Positions 27,982-40,270 of a stretch of 64,000 nucleotides of DNA are shown piece by piece. The stretch covers positions 9,610,001 to 9,674,000 of the forward strand of contig OZ024746.1 in NCBI GenBank assembly GCA_964016885.1, written 5' to 3'. Each line of letters starts with the position of its first letter. Position 1 is the first letter of the stretch. The stretch is from Eledone cirrhosa (Eukaryota). The notes under the pieces are model-generated. The model made no database searches, had not been told where the DNA came from, and was given only the letters and a program-made list of their open reading frames with translations. The position numbers and the translations under genes were made by a program.

Positions 27982-28301
27982 TGTAATAAACAACATAAGG
28001 CAATTATTTCATTTACCAGTGGTTTCTTGAAAGCAAACAAATTTTGCTTTCAATCATCAGAATGAAAAAAATCCTGGTGTATTTATTGACATTGGATTTT
28101 AAAAAAAGGTTTTTTTAAATCCAATGTCAATAAATACACCAGGATTTTTTCATTCTGATGATTGAAAGCAAAATTTGTTTGCTTTCAAGAAACCACTGGT
28201 AAATGAAATAATTGCCTTATGATGTTTATTACATAACTATTAAGCTCTGTAACCTACATAGAGCACTCTTTTTTCCTGGACCTTTCCGACGGAATTACTT
28301 C

Positions 28302-28305
<4 letters not shown>
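27975..28305. mobile_element. Palindromic element in (TA)n with an intact hammerhead on both arms
   Basis: Palindrome 27975-28240 centred at 28108-28109, unpaired ~65 bp tail 28241-28305, and long (TA)n on both sides. Confidence 0.85.
28148..28208 (+). ncRNA. Type I hammerhead ribozyme with an intact core (mirror copy on minus strand at 28007-28067)
   Basis: TTTCATT-CTGATGA-TTGAAAGCAAA ATTTG TTTGCTTTCAA-GAAA-CCACTGG-TA-AATGAAA. Helix I is 7 bp, helix II is 11 bp, helix III is short, and the triplet is GUA. Confidence 0.88.
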
Positions 28306-28367
<62 letters not shown>

Positions 28368-28556
28368 ATAGTTCAGGCACAATTCCCATAAAAATGTTCA
28401 TAACAGATTCATCAGACATCAGTACATACATTATTATTTTTCCAAATCTTTGCCTAATGAGAAAAACAACCAGCCACATTATTTACAGATGTTCAAAATT
28501 TCTCTTATTGGCAACATTATTTCCAAGTCCTGCTGCTGCTGATAACAACAATAATC

Positions 28557-28942
28557 ATTGTTTCTACTTTAGGCACAAGGCCAGCAAATACCCAGTATAT
28601 TACTGCTACTTTATTTTATCAACCCCATAAGGATGAAAGGCAAAGTTAACCTCGGTGGCGGGATTTGAACTCAGAATGGAAAGGGCCGTAACTCTATGCG
28701 TCAAAGCATGGTGTCCGACCTTCTACCGATACTGCCAATGGTTTCTGATTTAGGCACAAATCCATCAATTTTGGTGAGAGGGCAAAGTTGATTAAATTTA
28801 CCTTAGTGCATTACTGGTACTTTATTTTACTGATCTCATAAAGATGAAAGGCAAAGTTAGCTTTGGTGTGATTTGAACTCAGAATGTAAAGGGACGTAAC
28901 TTGATGCCTCAAAGCATATTAGCCGAAGTTCTACCGATTCTT
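28557..28942 (-). mobile_element. Two tandem S1 SINEs
   Basis: Reverse complement of the S1 consensus twice (~28557-28739 and ~28737-28942). Confidence 0.85.
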
Positions 28943-30674
28943 GTTGAATGCTATAACAAAATGTCTCATGAAATTTAGTTGCTACAACTATTACTACAAC
29001 AAATAATAATACTATTACTGCTACTACTACTATTATTACTACTACAACTACCAATCAAATAATGCCACAACCCACACTATAATACCACCACCATCACTAC
29101 CACTAGCCGATGCTGTATATAAATGTCAGTGCCATCAAATCCCACCCACACAACAACACCAACAACAATAACAACAACTGCTGTCATTACATAAGCACAG
29201 TAAAAAAAGATTACCAACTTATTTTCATGAACTTAAACATTCAGTGGTTTGTTTGCTTTAATTTAACAGCACAATTATGTCATAAAACTAAAATGGTAAA
29301 AGTCAAAGTTCATTATTGCAAAGAAGTACATTTGGTATTCTTCAAGCAAGCTACCAGTTTTAATGGTTGCATGGCAGATGTTGTTCAAATTGTATTTCTA
29401 TTTTGGCTTTAAATTCTTGCCCCTTTTATCCTCCCACTGCAAAAACACAACCCACCACTTGTTAATCAATGTATAACTCCCACACCCTGAGGAGATGGCT
29501 ATGGTTGAAGTTAACATGAACTGTTTGATGAATTTTCTCTCTGGCCAACGAATCAGCTTTAGCATCAGACTCCCTATCCTATAAAAATATATACACTTTA
29601 CTTTCCACAAGTATTGAGTGCTTGCTAATTTGAATAATGGTCTTATTATTCTTAAATAACATCTCATATATATAACGGATAGAACCCTTTTTAAACTAGA
29701 TAGACCATTACTTAATAGAGTACTCAATACTTGGGACAGTAGTGTATGACTAGTCTGGAACTAGCTGTTGAAACGGCAAGAGCTCAGCCCTCAGGTCCCC
29801 ACTCTTTGTAATATATATATATAAAGTTGCACACAAAAAAATGAAATAAAAAATATGAGATGAATAAACAAATGCACTGGCTGTTTGGTTACATATGCCA
29901 AGTTTGGAAAGATGGGGTGGGGGGACTGCATTTGATTTACCAAATTTGGAGGATGAGTACTGTTTGGTTTGGCAGGAGTCATGAGTTCAGTTTAAGGTGT
30001 TTGTTGAGTGTTTGTTGAGTGATTGGAGCAATAACAGTCTTATTTACATTTATATTCCTCATCAGCCATGAACTGGGAAGTGCAATTTCATGCATAGATG
30101 TTCAATTTGTCAGAGTTGTTAGAGCTGATTATTTGTTTCAAGTCTCTGCATTATGAATTCAAATCCTGTTGAGGTCCATCTTGCCTTTCGCCTTTTCAAG
30201 ATCATTAAAGAAAACACCTGCCCCAAGCTGGTTTTGTCTTCTCTCCTTAAAACTCACATTCTGGATGCTCCACTGGATCAAAGAAAATGGAAGTTGAGAG
30301 AGTATCTGTGCCTGCTCAGGTACTTAGAAGTCTTAACAAAAACAGAGTACATACTACCAAGTTACATACTTGACCACTATCGTCTTATATATATATATAT
30401 GTATGTATATGTACGTATGTATATGCACATATGTATATGTATGTATGTATATGTATGTATGTACATATGTATATGTACATATGTATGTATGTATGTATAT
30501 GTATGTAAGATTGTATGTATGCATGTAAGTATAGCTGTGTGGTTAAGGAGTTGGCTTCTCAACCACATAGTTTCAAGTCATTCTGTAGCACCATGGGCAA
30601 GTGTTTTCTGGGTTGAATAGTGGATTTGGAAGAGGGGAAACTGTAGAAGACTGTCATATATGTGTGTATGTATA

Positions 30675-31716
30675 TCATCATCATCATCATCATCAACGTT
30701 TAACGTCCGTGTTCCACGCTTGCATGGGTTTGGACGGGGGTAGTCCCACTTGAGGCAAGAGTGATTTTCTTGCTCGCATAGGACTGTCTGGCAGGTTTTC
30801 TACAGTTGGATGCCCTTCCTAACACCAACCACATTTACAGTGTGGGTCTGCGAGGTTTTTACCGTGTTGCCTACACGGCCACATTACAGCGTGGACTGTG
30901 TGTTTTTTTATCGTGACACCTACACGATCTCATTTGTTTCGGCCTGGATGGCGCGGTACCAACATAACTTTACATAGAACGGGGTGGTGTGGATGGGGTG
31001 GGGGTGGTGGTGGTGGGACGGGGTGTATTTTGTTAGAGATGCCTACTGGCAAGGCGGGTCTTCTCTATTACTGAGTACCGCCAAAGGTCTCGGTCCAGTG
31101 ACATTGTCTTGGTGAGGTGTAAGTGTGTGAGGTCGGAGTTTATCAGCTCGTCCCAGGTTTTTCTGGGTCTGCCTATTCCGTGGCTACCGTCTATCTTTAT
31201 TGCCCTGCACTTTGTTATACAGCTATCATCCTTCATGCGCATCATGTGACCATACCAACGTAGCCTTCTCTCTAGTAAACAACATCTGATCCCTCTTATT
31301 TCTAATTTTTTCCTTAGTTCGTTTATGCTTTGTCGTTCACGTATATTACTATTACACATCCAGCGGAGCATGCAAGCTTCGTTTCTCTCTAGTCTGCGTA
31401 TATCCTCTGCACACAATGCCCATGTCTCACTGCCATGCAACATTGCTGTTCGTATGCCGGCATCGTACAGCCTGCCTTTCATTTTTAGGGAGAACCCTTT
31501 AGCGGCTAATAGTGGTATAAGCTCTCTGAACTTTTTCCACCCAGTTCTGACTCTAGCTACTGTACTTTCAGAGCACCCTCCCCCACTGCTGATTTTGTCA
31601 CCCAGGTAACGGAAGCTGTCCACTATTTCTATAGAACCCTCTGCGCAGTTGAAGAGCTAGTATTTTGTGGGCACTTGCTGCTACTTATATCCCCAGAACA
31701 CCGGCCACATGTAAAA

Positions 31717-31718
<2 letters not shown>
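30675..31718 (-). mobile_element. 5'-truncated RTE-clade LINE
   Basis: C-terminal ORF part, ~340 bp 3' UTR, and an (ATG)n tail at 30675-30694. The 5' end abuts (TA)n. Confidence 0.9.
31033..31623 (-). pseudogene. RTE LINE ORF C-terminal fragment (RT thumb and C-terminal region)
   Basis: Motifs FRYLGD, KGRLYDA..R.AMLHGSETW, RLRWYGH..RM and GRPRKTW are typical of RTE ORFs. The RT catalytic core and APE endonuclease are absent. Confidence 0.88.
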
Positions 31719-31762
<44 letters not shown>

Positions 31763-31943
31763 TACGATATTAAATAAATGGAAACTATATTTATAAAACC
31801 ATATTTATTTCATAAATATGGTTTTATAAATATAGTTTCCATTTATTTAATATCGTAAATATACTCCAAATACTTGTTGAGTGCTTTTATATCAGTTATA
31901 AATATTTACTAGTTGTAACCCAACAATTTAAATATAACTTTCC
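31763..31943. mobile_element. Family A fold-back element (46-bp arms)
   Basis: Arms 31763-31808 and 31812-31857 with spacer TTC and an 86-bp tail, in (TA)n. Homologous to 1764-1910. Confidence 0.8.
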
Positions 31944-32793
31944 ATATATACATATATATATATATATGTATATTATAAAAATGTTGTACCCTACAGTTAA
32001 GCTTTTACCATTCCAATAACAGGTGAACTGATTCTAATTTGATTCAGCTTGTTTCAAAAGTATCTCTTCAGGGGCATGGTTATAGTGTGACATATACATA
32101 TATATGTACACACACACATAGTAGATTGAAAACAATTCATATTTAATTCATCTTTTGTTTTCAGTTTATCTTATGCTTGTGGCTATTGTTGGTTGTTGTG
32201 ACTGCAGTTCAATGACATTAAATGTAATTGTAATTAAATTTCCTATTGCTTTTACTGCAGTCTTTTCCTTGTTGCTCACACTGTCTCATTTTTAATGAGT
32301 TACTTTCAATAATTCCTATCACTGTCTCTGCATTACATGCACACATGTTCACACCTTCTCAAGGTGTACCAGAAGTGGAAGGTGGGGGTTGATGTGGTGT
32401 GTGTATGCAGGGAGAGGATTGGAGAGATAAGTCTGTGGGATATTTAGTGATGGGGACAAGTGTTAAGACATGGAAGCTGTTTCAAAGTGCCTTTTGGCAG
32501 GATAGATATATTATATATATGTGTGCATGTGTGTATGTAAATACACCTTGCTAAAAGAGAAAGTGTCTGTTAAACGATGATTTTTTGAAAAACATTGTCT
32601 GTGACTTTGAAGTGATAATGATTGCAGAAATGTAATCTATAATAAATATATTGATACTGACCTCAAAATTCATATATTCGTTTTATATCTAGGTTATTTG
32701 GTAATTTTGTTGATTACTGGAGGCGACACTGAAATGAGCCTTCGATGCTATAGCAGAGAGTACATATTTTGTATGAGGTAACAGTTTCACATG

Positions 32794-33033
32794 AAAATAT
32801 TTTTATTGCATATTGAACATTACATGTTTCACAAATGGTTGGCTGAAGCACCTTATCAATATGATAGACCTGACTCCAATATCAATCTGCTTACCAAACG
32901 GTTGAACTCAAATCAAACCATTGGGGGAATCTGATAACATAATTCTGAAGTCAGGTCTATCACTTCGATACAGACCTCAAGCCAATCATCTGTGAAACAA
33001 ATGTAACATTCAATATGCAATAAAAACATTTTT
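32794..33033. mobile_element. Old diverged fold-back element
   Basis: Imperfect inverted arms ~32794-32878 and ~32946-33033 (TTTTTATTGCATATTGAA/TTCAATATGCAATAAAAA and TGATAGACCTGACT/AGTCAGGTCTATCA). Each arm has a GAAA-CA(A)ATG-TA-like hammerhead 3' half. Confidence 0.55.
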
Positions 33034-33241
33034 AAATGAATCTTTGTTATCACATACATAATATATGTATATTAACAAATAAGTCTTGCAAACTGTTTCA
33101 CTTTGAAAAATTATTGGGTGTCTGGAACTCAAATAATATAAAGTTATCTCCTGAGCCATAATCTTAGACATGCTGCAAGCTATATTCTTAACATACATCA
33201 ATTTAGTAATGTTTGCTGAAGGTTTCATGTACTCTTTCATT

Positions 33242-33242
<1 letters not shown>

Positions 33243-33296
<54 letters not shown>

Positions 33297-33308
33297 TATG
33301 TATATATA

Positions 33309-33339
<31 letters not shown>

Positions 33340-33346
33340 ATATACA

Positions 33347-33377
<31 letters not shown>

Positions 33378-33458
33378 ATATATATATATATATACATATA
33401 TATGTATATATATACATACATATATATATATGTATGTATATATGTATATACATATATA

Positions 33459-33507
<49 letters not shown>

Positions 33508-33508
33508 A

Positions 33509-33569
<61 letters not shown>

Positions 33570-33662
33570 ATATATATATACATACATATATACATACATA
33601 TATATATACATATATATGTATATATATATATAAATATATACATATATACATACATATATATA
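33243..33662. repeat. Compound (TA)n/(TACA)n/(TATG)n microsatellite
   Basis: Directly visible. It is the source of the YI-rich spurious ORFs. Confidence 0.97.
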
Positions 33663-33663
33663 T

Positions 33664-34074
33664 GTCCGGGAGAGATGACCCCTTAGTCTTTGTCAAGGCA
33701 GAATTCTAGGAGAAGGAAAACTCTGATATAACACCTGCAACACTGATGGTATCCAATGATGTTGACTTGTTCTTCTTTTTGGTAAATATCATCTTGGTTA
33801 AGAGAGTGGGACTGGCTTTGTGCAGTGCCTTTGCTCACTATAAAAGCTTCACGGCACAGGCATTGCTTTATATCTGGAGATCTCTCTGCACTTGTCGTTA
33901 CATGGTACCATGGGCCCAGCACTATGTGTCAATAATAGTCACAAGTGTAGTGTTTGTACCAGAGTTTTCAAGTCGCTGGCTGGACTAAAAAGTCTCACTC
34001 GTTCAGCGCATCAGTAGGGGTTCTCCTACATGGATATAAAGTAGTGGCCGTACTCGAAAACGAGTTGGCAGCCA

Positions 34075-34076
<2 letters not shown>
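33664..34076 (+). mobile_element. Short non-autonomous RTE derivative (5' UTR motif plus 3' end)
   Basis: CTAGGAGAAGGAAAACTCTGA (an RTE 5' UTR-type motif) near the start. The 3' part encodes the C2H2-like HKCSVCTRVFKSLAGLKS(L/H)TRSAH. Microsatellites on both sides. An inverted copy lies at 39128-39435. Confidence 0.65.
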
Positions 34077-34114
<38 letters not shown>

Positions 34115-34141
34115 ATATATATATATATGTATGTATGTATG

Positions 34142-34173
<32 letters not shown>

Positions 34174-34177
34174 CATA

Positions 34178-34320
34178 TATGATATTAAATAAATGGAAAC
34201 TATATTTATAGTTTCCATTTATTTAATATCATAAATATACTCCAAATACTTGTTGAGTGCTTTTATATCAGTTATAAATATTTACTCGTTGTTAACCCAA
34301 CAATTTAAATATAACTTTCC
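34178..34320. mobile_element. Family A fold-back element (27-bp arms)
   Basis: Arms 34178-34204 and 34207-34233 with spacer TT and an 87-bp tail nearly identical to 31858-31943, in (TA)n. Confidence 0.8.
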
Positions 34321-35789
34321 ATATATATACATATATATATATATACATGAACTGCTTCAGTATTCCTTTTTGTATCAATATTTGAAGCCTGACTTATAGA
34401 ATCAATTCTCCATTGACTACACTAATCACTGTTTCATTAATAAATCTATGCTTCATTTCCATCATAACTGAGAAAAGAGGATATCTTTTGATGTGTATTG
34501 TTTATCTAGTGATTCTCACCTATTCTTCGTGTAACTCAATCTAGCTTTTGCAGTTATTTCCTCTTCAAACATGAAAGCAGAATTTTTTATACTTAGTTAT
34601 TGTGTTTATGTACTTTCAGTCTCATGGTGTGTGTGTATATGTGTGTGTGTATATGTATGTGTATATATGTATGTGTGCACATGTGTAGATGTATGTTAGT
34701 GATTAGACGGAATAATGATTTGTTGGATGAACAAGTGGGTACAAGTATTACAGGTGGATTTGTTGATAAATGGATACATTAATTTTGTATGCATTAGTAG
34801 TTTTGTATGAAATGAATAGGTTGGTAACTTTTTTTTTATTGTTATAACATATGGCTGACTGTTTACATTCATCATTGTATCCTTGAGTTTGTTACATTGT
34901 TGTTGTTGTTTGGTGTTGTTGTTGTTTTAGTATCAAACCATGGAGCCCTGTAAGGATTGTTAGGTATACAGTTTCTGTCCCAAATTCAACTGACATTGTA
35001 TTGGTCCCTTAGATCATTGTAGGAACAAAACATGTTGAATTACTCAGTATCCAGTGGGATAGATGAACAGTTAGGAAACTTAGGATACACTATTCAACTA
35101 CCCTTACCTTTTACTCAATGCTTACCCCTTACCTATCTCTCCATCACCACCCCACCCTATTAACCACATCCCTCATACCATTACATCCCCCTCTCTCCAT
35201 ATGCTAATCAGTCACCCCTAATCTTTACTCATTGCCCTGCTAAATACCCAGATACACATATAACTATACCTATCTCCCTCCCCCATTGCCCCCGCATACA
35301 GAATTGAATGCTCCACAATTGGGTCTATGACCAACAACCTCTCTAATGATGGTGCCATGGAAATGCACCTGGTACACTCTGTAAGGGTAGTTAGTGACAG
35401 GAAGAGCACCCCACTGTAGAAACCCTGCCTAAAAGCATTGAGAGGACCCTTTAGTTATGTCAAAGATACAACAACCTCTCTAGTGTTGGTGATCTACATA
35501 ATAAATACACCTAGTACATGCTGTAAAGTGGTTGGTGTTAGGAAGAACATCGAAACAAAGAGTTGGGAGGACCCTTCTGTTGGTGTTAACAGACCCCACA
35601 ACTTCTCTGCACTCAATATGACTGTACATAAGCAGGGCACAGATCCCTCCACCAGTCTGGGAGGTTAATAAACCTTGCTTCAGTACTGACTTGATCTATG
35701 TAGACTTGTCCAACCCTTGCTAGGAGGGAAATCTGACGTTATATGATGATGACGATATGTCTGTGCATATATATATATTTATATATATA

Positions 35790-35870
<81 letters not shown>

Positions 35871-36769
35871 GAGGGGGATAGATTGACAATTATTAGAGGG
35901 CTGATAAAATAAAGTACCAATCAAGTACTAGATATAAATATATTTTCTTATGTAAATGAAATGAAAATCCTTCATGTAAATGAAATGAAAATAAAAGACA
36001 AAGATTATATTCAGCATGATTTAAACCATACAAGCTTTTCGTCTTCTTCCATATTGTTGCTGTTCTTATGGAGATTTTAATCTATTGAATTATCCCAGAA
36101 TGCCAGATGATAAAAAATAGAACTCCTTTTCTTTATACCAACTCCTCAAGTTAGCTTAATATCATTTTCCTTTTCTGTTATTGAGTGGTTATGTACATTA
36201 TATTTACATATACTGATAGACAAATCACACATATATACATACATTTTATTACTTCTTAGAGTCTCCCTAAATAGTCAGACAAATATTTCCTTGACTATAT
36301 AGACTAGCAAATATTTTCTTGATTACGATGGCTAACAAGATTTTTCTTTCTTCTATCGACTTGTGTTGGACACAATGATAGACGAGACACGTATCCCATT
36401 AATTATAGGATTTGTGTGGCATTGTTCCATCAATGTGTCTTCTAAAGCTAATAATAGTTGAAGTTGCTGCTCCTCACAGGAATGCTGCAGATGCTGGGAT
36501 TTATACCATCATCTGTTCTTAAAGTGCAAGCAGCTCTAAGAAGAATTGGTCAGGATTCACAGCCAGAATTTCCTGCTTGAAGAAACAAGAAAAACACTAA
36601 TACCTGTCGATTAAATCAACCGCAGTAGTTAACTGGTACTTTACTTTATTGGCCTAGGGAAGATTAAAAGCACAGCTGACCTGAACTAAATATAACAAGA
36701 CAGTTTTCTCAATGCTCTAACAATTCTGCTAATCCATAATCTAAATGTTTAAGTTGCTTCTTCCTTAAA

Positions 36770-37052
36770 ATAATAATAATAATAATGAAATTATTGTGTA
36801 CAGTGCTCAGGTGCACCACAACCCATCAAAGGTGCATGCATAGTACATAGAACAATATACAAACGTCAGGGAAGAGAATACTGCATGAGTCATGATATAC
36901 ATGAGTGCACGTGTATGGAGGGGGAATACCAGGTGTAGTGTTGGCGAATCTCAGGAAGCATGGAGGCCTTAAAGGATGCAGTGTCTCAACAGCTAACAAC
37001 TGATGCAGGGAGCCTGCTCCATGCCTCAGCAACTCTGAGCGTGAAAAATGTT
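36770..37052 (-). mobile_element. CR1-clade LINE 3' fragment
   Basis: Reverse-complement homolog of 21830-22170 with an (ATT)n tail. A shorter tail piece also lies at 5212-5258. Confidence 0.8.
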
Positions 37053-39127
37053 TCCCTTGGCTATATAGTCTTATAGTTTCTTCTTCTTTGCCCACTTATT
37101 CCTGAGAGGATTGGTTGTATAAGTCTTATAGGTTTGTCCTTCAAATACTTGTCTAACAACTATCCCCTTCAATGTATTTCAATATATGATCCCTTATATA
37201 TATATATCTCCTTCAATTTTTGGTCTGTAAGAACTATTTCCTTTCATGTATAGATTCTAACTTCCATACATGTTTTATAACAGCTTCTATATATGATCTA
37301 TTACAGTTTTATATCCTTGTCTATGTAGTTTTGCAGTCAACTTCTGAGTATTTTCAGAAATCCTACAGTTCCTATGCTTTATCTCTTAATGTATTGTTTC
37401 CACTACAACAGTCTGGTTTTGCATTTCTTATCAACTGCTTAAATTTTAACAAAACTGAACTGTCTCTAGTTTTTTACAGAGAAGCAAGGGGTGATTCTTT
37501 TAGAATTTATAGAATTTATCAAAGATAATGGCTTCTTCGTGTAAATAAACTACAAATTAAATCTGCCTGGCATATATGTAAAAAAAAATATAATGAAGTA
37601 GGAAAGGAAAATAGAATTATTGCATTATGGAATGGAACAATGTGGCAGCACCACATCAAATCTGAAAGAATGGTGTTTTAAAACAGACATTTCAAGTCTG
37701 AAAACATATTCTGTTGGTCCATATCATGAGTGTCAGTCAAGGAATCACTCACATAGAAATGCATACTTATTTAGATAATTCCACATTAAGTGATTGTGTC
37801 TGTTTGTGCATGAGTAAACCTCTATATTTGTATGTATCTACTGGGAATAATAAATATAATATTGTGTATATGTTTGTGGCTACATTTATACACATGTGCT
37901 GCCATATTTGGATTCTAGTTGGTCTATATGATCTATTAAATTATTTCCTAGGAATTTTGCTGACCTGTTCATTATTTTATATTATTACTTTTGTTATCTG
38001 TGCATGTGTACTAAACCTTACACATACACAGATAATTAATGTCTTTTGATCAGTCACAAGGTTTCTTTCTTTTAACAATAGTTGTGGTAGTATGAGTCAA
38101 TTGAGCTGACCCTACTGCATCTCCTTCATCACCACCAGTGCCTTATATATATATATATAGCTGCTAGTCATTTTATCAACTCCTAAATGGAGGAAAAGTA
38201 AATTCAATATGGCTTCCATTCCAGTGAAAAATACATACATTACACACACATCCAATCAATTTCCACAAATATACACACACATGCATACATATAGACATAA
38301 TGAACTAATGATAGGGCCTCTATGTGGTCACTTGATATGCTAGAAATATCAAGACAAATCTTACTCTACCAATAGTCATGACTGGAATTCTTTTGATCAT
38401 GGGTATACAGTCAGGACCAATTTGGGGCTAAACAGCAATAATTATATATATAATATCACACATTGATACAGTTAAGAACAAATATTTTACTAGATGGATC
38501 AATGAGACATGCTGCATATATGTGAATGTAGCTAAAACGTTTGATATAATCAGCTATTATGGCATAGCAGGAAATCTAAAGACCTGCCATATAATTTTCC
38601 TTAAATACTGAACCAATGGGACTTTACGTGAATGGTGGTGCATTATGTGTGAAATATCTACTACCATCACCTCAACAGACTTCTTTCTCTTTCCCTTCTT
38701 CTTTCTCCTCCTCACACATAGACTCTGAGGAACACACACTCACTCACTCCTAGATCAATACTTTATAACTGCTTATCAATGAAAGGTTCACAATTAACTC
38801 CAAACATTTAGTTATCTAGTCTTCCGTGGTGATCCAGTAATCCCATAGGTCTGCAGAAATCCTGTTACACACACATGTACATACCAACTCATACATATAC
38901 ATACTTGCACACATACATCCACATGCCCACATATCTAGTTAAACACTATCATACACATATCTGCTCACTTACATATATACATACATTTAGCATGTAATAA
39001 CAGCATATAAACATGTATAAATATAGAAAAATATGTATATGTGCGCTTATAACTCAAATATATAGATCCATGCATGCAATCACATCCATATCTGCATGCA
39101 CACACAAACATACATGTATGCATGCAT

Positions 39128-39435
39128 GGTGGCTGCCAACTCGTTTTCGAGTACGGCCACTACTTTATATCCATGTAGAAGAACCCCTACCAATGCGCTG
39201 AACGAGTGTGACTTTTTAGTCCAGCCAGGGACTTGAAAACTCTGGTACAAACACTACACTTGTGACAATGATTGACACGTAGTGCTGGGCCCTTGGTACC
39301 ATGTGATGACAAGTGCAGAGAGAGATCCAGATATAAAGCAATGCCTGTGCCGTGAAGCTTTTATAGTGAGCAAAGGCACTGCACAAAGCCAGTCCCACTC
39401 TCTTAACCAAGATGATATTTACCAAAAAGAAGAAC
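39128..39435 (-). mobile_element. Second copy of the short RTE derivative
   Basis: Close reverse complement of ~33768-34076. The zinc-finger-like segment reads KSHTRSAH. Confidence 0.7.
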
Positions 39436-39519
39436 ATATATATACATATATATACATACATACATACATACATACATACATACATACATACATACATACA
39501 TACATACATACATACATAC

Positions 39520-39890
39520 AGAAAACAAACGAGGAAGAATATATTGAGACAGATGGCACTAAGGAATACTGGTGAAACCTGAAAATAAAAACGGCCACCA
39601 AATTAAAGCACAACCGGCCTGATATTGTTGTTTGGGACCACACATTGAAAACGTGTTCTGTTGTGGAGATCAGCTGCCCACTTGATGTAAACGTTGTCAG
39701 AAAAATACAGGAGAAGGAGGACATCTACGGACCATTGATGAGGAGTTTACAAATCCAGTATCCAAGATACACCTTTTGCTTCATACCCATCATTATTGGA
39801 GCTACGGGTTATATACCAACTCGTTTGGACCAAAGTATGACTGAACTTGGATTTGCGGACAAAGAGCGCAGCTCCCTAATTCATAGTCTA
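39520..39890 (+). pseudogene. Restriction-like endonuclease domain fragment of an R4/Dong-like non-LTR retrotransposon
   Basis: EYW*NLKIKTATKLKHNRPDIVVWDHTLKTCSVVEISCPLDVNVVRKIQEKEDIYGPL..FIPIIIGATG shows the RPD...E..(K..K..Y) signature. One in-frame stop. Embedded in (TACA)n. Confidence 0.8.
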
Positions 39891-40081
39891 TATACATATA
39901 TACATACATACATGTATACATACATACATGCCTTTTTGTACATAATATGTTAACAAGCCAATGAGTATACATGGATAAGATATTCCCTCAATCTACTGTT
40001 AATGCTATGTACTAACATAGCCGCCAAATGGCCTTCAAGTTATGCCCTACTGTCTTGACAAAAGAAATGACATATTAGATA

Positions 40082-40270
40082 AGAGTGGTGGTTTGGCAGT
40101 ATCGGTAGAGCATCAGACACCATGCTTTGCAGCATAGAGTTGTGACCCTTTGTGTTCTGAGTTCAAATCTGCCAAGGTTAACTTTGCCTTTCATCCTTAC
40201 GGGGTCGATAAAATAAAGTACCAGTGATGCACTGGGGTAATCGCTGGCCTTGTGCCAAAAGTAGAAACTA
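40082..40270 (+). mobile_element. S1 SINE with target-site duplication
   Basis: S1 consensus flanked by ATATTAGATAA (40072-40082 and 40270-40280), inserted in an older repeat. Confidence 0.88.

Noticed and set aside
32040-32080. Minus-strand CTGAAGA..GAAA-CAAGCTG as a hammerhead
   Set aside because: No convincing helix I, helix II or UH site.
33010-33709. Long ORFs (up to 228 aa) rich in Y/I/H/C/V
   Set aside because: They are translations of TA/CA microsatellites. The same applies to most ORF-track entries (e.g. 9267-9801, 24632-24937, 27591-28040).
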